Assembly: GCA_041742355.1 (NCBI GenBank)
Contig: JBGSIV010000283.1
Location: 1-11,576, forward strand
Origin: Candidatus Zixiibacteriota bacterium
GTDB taxonomy: Bacteria; Zixibacteria; MSB-5A5; GN15; FEB-12
Length of the DNA stretch: 11,576 bases
Direction of reading: 5' to 3'
Position 1 is the first letter of the stretch; every line of letters starts with the position of its first letter. The translations under genes were made by a program, and so were the position numbers. Of this stretch, positions 1-5,526 are shown piece after piece. The notes beneath the pieces are model-generated. The model was not told the DNA's origin. It saw only the letters and a program-made list of their open reading frames with translations, and ran no database searches.

Positions 1-1
1 C

Positions 2-934
2 GATCAGTTCGATTTCCGGATGGAAACGATCGATTCGTGGATCGAGTCGCTCTGCCTGCGGCCCGGGGACGTCGCCGCGGTTGTCGGCCGCGGCGCGCCG
101 CTCCGTCCGCTTGAAGGCGGCTCCTACCGTATCTCGCCGCAAATGCTCGACGATGTGCGGACAATGCGCTACTCCAACCATGCCTCCAACCTCGGCTGCC
201 TGATCGCCCATCACCTCGGCGAGCGTTTCAAAGTGCCCTCGCTCATTTCCGATCCGATCACAGTCGACAATTTCACCGACATCGCCCGCGTGTCCGGCAT
301 CCCTGAAATCGAGCGCAAGTGCCGTGTGCATGCCCTCAATATCAAAGAAGTGAGCCGCCGCGAGGCTCACAAAATGGGAAAGACGCTCGAAACCGCGAGT
401 TTCGTCGCCTGCCACATGGGGGGTGGCGTGTCGGTTGCAGCGCTGCGCGAGGGGCGGGTAGTTGACGTCAACGACGCTCTGCTGGGTATGGGGCCGTTTT
501 CCCCCGACCGGGCCGGCGCGCTTCCGATCGGCGGGTTGGTCAAACTCTGCTACTCGGGGAAGTACTCGGAAAAAGAGATGGTTGACAAGCTGTCCAAGAA
601 GGCGGGCCTGCTGGCCTATGTCGGCGAGTCCGATTTGCGTGCGGTGGAAAAGATGATCGACGGCGGCGACGGGAAGGCGCTTCTGTACTTCAATGCCATG
701 GCCTACCAGATCGCCAAGGAGATCGGGGTCGCCTCGGTCGCCCTGGAGGGCCGGTTCGACGCCATCATCCTCACCGGCGGCATGGCCAACTCCTCCCGGC
801 TGTGCGGCGAGCTCCGCCGGTACGCCGGGTTCCTCGGTGAATTCCGCGTCGTGCCGGGCGAGTTTGAGATGGAAGCGCTGGCGGCGGCCGGAGTCCGGTT
901 CCTCTCCGGCCAGGAACAGCTTAACGAATACTAG
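2..934 (+). CDS. buk: Butyrate kinase (acetate/butyrate kinase family), 5'-truncated by the window edge
   Basis: Frame is open from base 2 (DQFDFRMETID...), so ATG 20 is internal. Buk motifs are present: GRGAPLRPLEGGSY, HASNLG, DPITVD, HALN, HMGGGVSV, DVND, GPFSPDRAG, MAYQIAKEIG, LTGGMA, PGEFEMEAL. Lies next to ptb-like genes. Confidence 0.95.
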   Translation, partial: DQFDFRMETIDSWIESLCLRPGDVAAVVGRGAPLRPLEGGSYRISPQMLDDVRTMRYSNHASNLGCLIAHHLGERFKVPSLISDPITVDNFTDIARVSGIPEIERKCRVHALNIKEVSRREAHKMGKTLETASFVACHMGGGVSVAALREGRVVDVNDALLGMGPFSPDRAGALPIGGLVKLCYSGKYSEKEMVDKLSKKAGLLAYVGESDLRAVEKMIDGGDGKALLYFNAMAYQIAKEIGVASVALEGRFDAIILTGGMANSSRLCGELRRYAGFLGEFRVVPGEFEMEALAAAGVRFLSGQEQLNEY

Positions 935-951
935 CCGAAGGAAATGCGACC

Positions 952-1902
952 ATGTCCGACCCGGCCATTCACTCATCGGAGCAACTGATCGAGCGCGCAC
1001 TATCCATCGCTCGCGAGGGACGCAAGAAGACTGTAGCGGTTGCGGCGGCACAGGATGTCGATGTCATCGATGCCGTGACACAGTCGCACGCCGACGGTTT
1101 TCTCGACGCCGTGTTGGTCGGCGACAGGGACAGAATCGTCGCGCTTGCCCAGGAAAACGGAATCGATATCGGCGGCCTGGAAGTGGTGCATCAGAAAGAT
1201 GTCACGCAGGCGGCCCACGGTGCGGCCCGGCTGGCATCGGAAGGGAAAGCCGATGCAATCATGAAAGGTTTCCTGCCGACCTCGTCGCTTCTCAAAGTAG
1301 TGCTCGACAAGGCCTACAACCTCCGCGGACCGAATACTCTCTCGCATTGCGCGGTACTCGACATCCCGGGCTACCACAAGCTGCTCAACTTCACCGATGG
1401 CGGCATGGTGGTGCGCCCGGAACCCGACCAGAAGCTGCAGATTCTCGAGAACGCCGTGCTTGTAGCCCGGGCGCTGGGGCTGTCGCCGGTGAAAGTCGCA
1501 GTATCAGCCGCGGTCGATCGTCCGGCCGACTACTCCGCCCATCTGCTGTCGGATCTTGATTTCGTGATTCCAAGCGCCCTGAAGAAATTGCCTGACCTGG
1601 TGATCCAGGGGCCGCTGACCCTCGATGTCGCGACCTCAAAAGACGCCGCGCGGGCTTACGGTGTCTCCGGTCAGGTAGTGGGCGACGCCGACATATTCCT
1701 CGTTGATTCGATCGAGGAGTGCAATATCATTGCCAAAGCTCTGATCAACTTTGCCGACGCAGTTTTCGCCGGCGTGATTGTCGGGGCCAAAGTGCCGGTT
1801 TCGCTGGTTTCCCGGACCGACTCCGTCGCCAACAAAAAAACGTCGCTCGCAATTGCCTGCGTCCTGGCGGACTACTACGCGCAGCAGCGGGTGTGGGGGT
1901 AG
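952..1902 (+). CDS. ptb: Phosphate butyryltransferase / PTA_PTB family phosphate acyltransferase, paralog 1
   Basis: Motifs VAVAAAQD, ADAIMKGFLPTSSLLK, LSH, FTDGG, GDADIFLV, AGVIVGAKVPVSLVSRTDS..KKTSLAIA. AAGGA RBS about 9 nt upstream. Follows buk. Confidence 0.9.
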   Translation: MSDPAIHSSEQLIERALSIAREGRKKTVAVAAAQDVDVIDAVTQSHADGFLDAVLVGDRDRIVALAQENGIDIGGLEVVHQKDVTQAAHGAARLASEGKADAIMKGFLPTSSLLKVVLDKAYNLRGPNTLSHCAVLDIPGYHKLLNFTDGGMVVRPEPDQKLQILENAVLVARALGLSPVKVAVSAAVDRPADYSAHLLSDLDFVIPSALKKLPDLVIQGPLTLDVATSKDAARAYGVSGQVVGDADIFLVDSIEECNIIAKALINFADAVFAGVIVGAKVPVSLVSRTDSVANKKTSLAIACVLADYYAQQRVWG

Positions 1903-1911
1903 GAGGCGAAC

Positions 1912-2850
1912 ATGAACAACCAGACCATTGCGATTCCTGAGATCAATACGATGGAAAAGCTCCTCGCCCGCGCCCGGGAGCTGGGCGGCAGCAGATCGCT
2001 CCGCGCAGCGGTACTGATGCCTCACCAGCCCGACATCCTCCGGGGCTGCCGGTTGGCGATGGATGAAGGCTTCATATCGCCAATTCTCATCGGAAATAGG
2101 GACTGTATCGACAGAGCCCGGGCCGCTGCCGACGGCTGCCTCGGGAAGGCCGAGGTCGTGAATGCCGAGTTCGTCGACGATGCCGTTCAGGCCGCGCTGG
2201 GAATGGTAAACGATGGGACCGTCGATCTGCTCGTTCGCGGCGCCGCTCCCCAGCCCGATTTCGTGCGCCTGCTGACTACCGAATCTGAAGGATTCGTCGG
2301 CAAGGGCACTGCCCTCGGGCACATTGCCTTCATTAAACCGGAGCGGTACCAGAAGCTGCTGGCTCTAACCGATGCGGTCGTGCACCCGGAACCCGATCTC
2401 AAACAGAAGATCGCCCTCACCGAGAATCTCGTTGCCGCTTGTCGCAAGGCAGGCATTGACATGCCCCGAATCGCCGTGCTGGCCGCTGTCGAAGTGGTCT
2501 ACCCGCAGATGCCCGTCACGATGGAAGCGGCCATCCTCGCGAAAATGGGGGAACGAGGGCAGATCAAGGGAGCATTTGTCGACGGCCCGCTGTCGTTTGA
2601 TTGTGCCATCGATCCCTTGGCGGCCGAAAGCAAAGGAATCCGAAAGTCCGAGGTGGCCGGACAGGCTGACGCCCTGCTGGCTCCGAACATGGAAACAGCG
2701 CACGGCGTCTATAAGGCTATGGCGCTTTTTGGTCGGGCGAAACTGGGCGGTGTGCTTTTCGGCGGTCGCGTGCCAGTCGCGATGCCGTCGACATCAGACT
2801 CAGTCGAGACTATATTCCACTCGATCGCGCTCGCCTGTCTCCTGCGCTAA
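1912..2850 (+). CDS. ptb: Phosphate butyryltransferase / PTA_PTB family, paralog 2 (lacks the SR catalytic Arg)
   Basis: Motifs LTDAVVHPEPDLKQK, AAVEVVYPQMPVTMEAAILAKMGERGQIKGAFVDGPLSFDCA, KGI...VAGQADALLAP, SIALA. AGGAGG RBS overlaps the stop of paralog 1. Confidence 0.85.
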   Translation: MNNQTIAIPEINTMEKLLARARELGGSRSLRAAVLMPHQPDILRGCRLAMDEGFISPILIGNRDCIDRARAAADGCLGKAEVVNAEFVDDAVQAALGMVNDGTVDLLVRGAAPQPDFVRLLTTESEGFVGKGTALGHIAFIKPERYQKLLALTDAVVHPEPDLKQKIALTENLVAACRKAGIDMPRIAVLAAVEVVYPQMPVTMEAAILAKMGERGQIKGAFVDGPLSFDCAIDPLAAESKGIRKSEVAGQADALLAPNMETAHGVYKAMALFGRAKLGGVLFGGRVPVAMPSTSDSVETIFHSIALACLLR

Positions 2851-2952
2851 CCGGTGACCGCTGCCGTCGCCACCGAAGTGCGCCAGTAGTCGCTTGCAGT
2901 ACAATAGCTTACCTCCCTTGCAGCGACCTGCCTGCCCGGCCGACTTCCCGCC

Positions 2953-2984
2953 GAACCTTCCCGTTCCACCGCTGTTCTTATACT
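2953..2984 (+). promoter_or_regulatory. Candidate promoter for the small ORF (GAACCT-N17-TCTTA, RpoE-like, with overlapping TATACT -10-like hexamer)
   Basis: GAACCT at 2953-2958, TCTTA at 2976-2980, TATACT at 2979-2984, about 45 nt upstream of ATG 3030. Motif match only. Confidence 0.3.
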
Positions 2985-3029
2985 GCGCACACGTACGGGT
3001 CCAAGTAGCCGTAACTGGAGGAACAAATC

Positions 3030-3317
3030 ATGACCAAACGACCAGATCGCACTCGTCAGACCGGAATGAGAGGCATGGGCCGGGGATTCGGGGTCGGGGC
3101 GGTTTTTGGAGCGCTCGCCGCCTGGGTGGCCACTGACATAAACAAGCCTAACAGCACGCTCCGCCGCTGGATCGAGATCGGCCGCCGCAAGCGCGAGCGG
3201 ACGCGGCTTGAGAACGAACTGAAACGGGCGGCCGATGAAGCCGCGGCCGTGGGGGAAGAGCTGATCGACGAAGCCCGCCGACCGGGCCAACTGCCACCCG
3301 ACGAAATGCCGATTTGA
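3030..3317 (+). CDS. Small hypothetical protein with one Gly/Ala-rich hydrophobic segment and a charged helical C-terminus
   Basis: GGAGG RBS at 3017-3021, 8 nt before the ATG. Segment GFGVGAVFGALAAWVA. Fills an otherwise empty gap and is followed by a strong hairpin. Confidence 0.75.
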   Translation: MTKRPDRTRQTGMRGMGRGFGVGAVFGALAAWVATDINKPNSTLRRWIEIGRRKRERTRLENELKRAADEAAAVGEELIDEARRPGQLPPDEMPI

Positions 3318-3330
3318 CGACAGACATCGC

Positions 3331-3362
3331 AGTCACGGAAGGCACGGCGGCCTTCCGTGACT
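3331..3362. terminator. Perfect 13-bp hairpin between convergent genes, probable terminator or 3'-end protector
   Basis: AGTCACGGAAGGC-acggcg-GCCTTCCGTGACT between the stops at 3317 (+) and 3387 (-). No real U-tract on either strand. Confidence 0.65.
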
Positions 3363-3386
3363 TGGGAATCATGTATCGGAGGCTGA

Positions 3387-4583
3387 TCAGGCAGCAGCAG
3401 TCCGATCGCAGACTTGCCGGAACACGCGCATGAAATTCCCGCCGAGAATCTTCGCGATATTCTCCTGCGTGTACCCTCGCCGCACCAGTTCCTCCGTGAT
3501 CCGAGGCATCCCGGTGCAGTCTTCGAGACCCTTCGGCATGGCGAACACACCGTCAAAGTCCGATCCGAGGCCGACATAGTCCGGTCCGACCAGTTGCACG
3601 ATGTAGTCGATATGATCGCACACCGTGCTCACAGTCACCGGCGCTATGCTGTCGACGGCCGCTGCAATCGAACCGTACAATTTCCATCGTTCCGCTCGGT
3701 GAAGCGAATCGTTATCCGCGTACAACTGGGCAATCGAGTCCCTTTGTGGCTGGAGTGCTTCCCAGAGCGAGTCGGAGACATGGTTCCAGCGGTCGGAGAG
3801 ATACCCGCTGAAGAAGTTGACGCCGATCATCCCGCCGTTGACGGCGATTGCTCTGATCTGATCGTCGGTCAGATTACGATCGTGGCTGCACAACGCATAC
3901 ACGCACGAATGTGAAGCGATCACCGGATCGGTAGTCAGGCGAAGGATCTCGCTGACCGCCGTGGGATGGGCATGGGATATGTCGATGATCATGCCCAGCC
4001 GATTCATCTCTGCCACGACCGAGCGTCCGAATTCCGTTAACCCGTTGAAGGCCGGAGCCGTGTCGGCCGACGAAATGCACCAGTCGTTAGAGGCTGTGTG
4101 CGTGAGCGTCATGTATCGTACGCCCCGGCCGTAGAAGTGGCGCAGGTTGGCCAGATCGTTGGCAATCGCTACTCCGTTCTCGATCCCCAGGAAGGCCGCA
4201 ACACACCGTGAGGAGACGGCGGACTCGACTTCGGCAGCCGTGCGGCAGGTCGTAATGCGGTCGTCGTATCGGCTAAACTGCGCTTCAAGTGAATCGAGGA
4301 GAAGGTCGGTCTCCGCACGGCAACTGTCGAGCGGGGTCTCAGTGGGAAGCCAGACGGCGAACACTTCGAGGTCGATACCGCCGCTGTCGAGGCGAGGCAG
4401 GTCAAGATGACCGTCGGTACCGATTACTCCGAGATCAACCCCACGACGCAGGCGAAGTGCGGTATCGCAGTGGAGATCCGCTACCAGGGCGGTCAGGTGG
4501 ATTTGAGCCGGGGTGGGTGAGTCGCCCTGACAGCCCAGGGCGAACAGGCCGAGCAGAAGACCTGCGAGCGGTGATAGTCTCAT
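3387..4583 (-). CDS. Membrane dipeptidase (peptidase M19, amidohydrolase fold), predicted lipoprotein
   Basis: Motifs DLHCDT, GIENG, GVRYMTLTH, GLTEFGRSVVAEMNRLGMIIDISH, IASHS, RNLTD, HIDY, VGLGSDFDG, KILGGNFMRV. Signal peptide ends in FALG-C18. AGGAGG RBS at 4588-4593. Confidence 0.95.
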   Translation of the reverse strand: MRLSPLAGLLLGLFALGCQGDSPTPAQIHLTALVADLHCDTALRLRRGVDLGVIGTDGHLDLPRLDSGGIDLEVFAVWLPTETPLDSCRAETDLLLDSLEAQFSRYDDRITTCRTAAEVESAVSSRCVAAFLGIENGVAIANDLANLRHFYGRGVRYMTLTHTASNDWCISSADTAPAFNGLTEFGRSVVAEMNRLGMIIDISHAHPTAVSEILRLTTDPVIASHSCVYALCSHDRNLTDDQIRAIAVNGGMIGVNFFSGYLSDRWNHVSDSLWEALQPQRDSIAQLYADNDSLHRAERWKLYGSIAAAVDSIAPVTVSTVCDHIDYIVQLVGPDYVGLGSDFDGVFAMPKGLEDCTGMPRITEELVRRGYTQENIAKILGGNFMRVFRQVCDRTAAA

Positions 4584-4610
4584 GGTTCCTCCTGAGTCCG
4601 GACGCGGCGT

Positions 4611-5324
4611 TTAGAAATTCGCAGTGATACCGACCTGGATCATCAGCATGTCCGTTTCAGTCCTGACAATGTCGTAGATCACTTCGCTGTCGACAATGTC
4701 CTTTCGCCGCGCGTAATCGGCTTCGGCGCCGATCAGGTACCGGGCGCCGGCATCTATGAGCAGCGTAACCGGTGAACCTGCCGATCCACCCGACCATACG
4801 CGGACGAGCAGGCCGCCTCCCACGCCATAGCTCAGCGCGGCGTCATCGAAATCGGTCGAACTCACGACTTCCTCATTATCATCTTCACCCTGAATCTTCG
4901 TCTCCATGAACAGGTAGTTGAAACCGAAGAGGCCGTCGGCATAGGGACGCAGATCCCCCTCCTGATACTGGGCGCGCAGGAGCAGGTGCCCCTGGAACGA
5001 ATTGTTGGTAGTGTTCACCTCGACCGTGACGTCCGGGATGGTATTGGAGAACGGTTCGCGCCGTGTATCGCTGCTGAAATTGAGGTAACCCAGGGAGATG
5101 CCGAGACCGATCGGCGACCGGTTCGGCGTCCAGATGAAGTTGCCGCCGCCGCCGTAAGCGTTGTCGTCGATAGCTTCTTCAAAATCCCCCTGCGGAAGAC
5201 CGGCGAGGAAGTGGAGACTGGCCTGGAAGTTCTGATGGTCGACTGCATACACGTTTGTGAAACAGCAGGCGGTAAGGATGGCGGCCGTCAGGCACAGAAC
5301 GGCAAACCGGAATCTCGGGCGCAT
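4611..5324 (-). CDS. Outer-membrane beta-barrel protein (small, OmpA/OmpW-like transmembrane architecture)
   Basis: Start moved from 5393 to ATG 5324 because of the AAAGGAGA RBS and the signal peptide MRPRFRFAVLCL...VYA. Amphipathic strands (RPYADGLFGFNY, LSYGVGGG, IDAGARY) and a C-terminal Phe (QVGITANF). Confidence 0.8.
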   Translation of the reverse strand: MRPRFRFAVLCLTAAILTACCFTNVYAVDHQNFQASLHFLAGLPQGDFEEAIDDNAYGGGGNFIWTPNRSPIGLGISLGYLNFSSDTRREPFSNTIPDVTVEVNTTNNSFQGHLLLRAQYQEGDLRPYADGLFGFNYLFMETKIQGEDDNEEVVSSTDFDDAALSYGVGGGLLVRVWSGGSAGSPVTLLIDAGARYLIGAEADYARRKDIVDSEVIYDIVRTETDMLMIQVGITANF

Positions 5325-5422
5325 ATACAGGTACTCTCCTTTGCATGCGGCAGCCGAAAGCAATCGGCCGAAACCGCGGTCCCAGTCAGGCAAGAGTCAG
5401 TTCAATACCGAAGAATACATGT

Positions 5423-5448
5423 GTCGCCGATATGCCGAAAGAGTTTTC
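5423..5448 (-). promoter_or_regulatory. Candidate ECF-sigma promoter (AAAC-N16-CGAC) for the beta-barrel/dipeptidase pair
   Basis: Minus strand reads gAAAAC tctttcggcatatcgg CGAC, just downstream of a terminator and about 100 nt upstream of ATG 5324. Confidence 0.45.
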
Positions 5449-5465
5449 TCGATCCACCGGTGAAC

Positions 5466-5495
5466 AAAAAAGACGCCCCGCTTGAGCAGGGCGTC
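5466..5495 (-). terminator. Rho-independent terminator of the 570-aa gene
   Basis: Minus strand GACGCCCTGC-TCAA-GCGGGGCGTC-TTTTTT: 10-bp stem with one G-U pair followed by U6, about 30 nt after the stop at 5527. Confidence 0.9.
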
Positions 5496-5526
5496 ACAAT
5501 TCGGTCGTAAGTCCCCTCGGTAGGTC

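Noticed and set aside
693..1559. 288-aa alternative-frame ORF spanning buk and ptb1, and the other short overlapping ORFs in the track
   Set aside because: Arg/Pro/Ser-rich off-frame translations expected at high GC. The real genes are intact, so no frameshift is needed.
5325..5393. N-terminal extension of the beta-barrel ORF from the 5393 start
   Set aside because: The RBS and signal peptide indicate ATG 5324.
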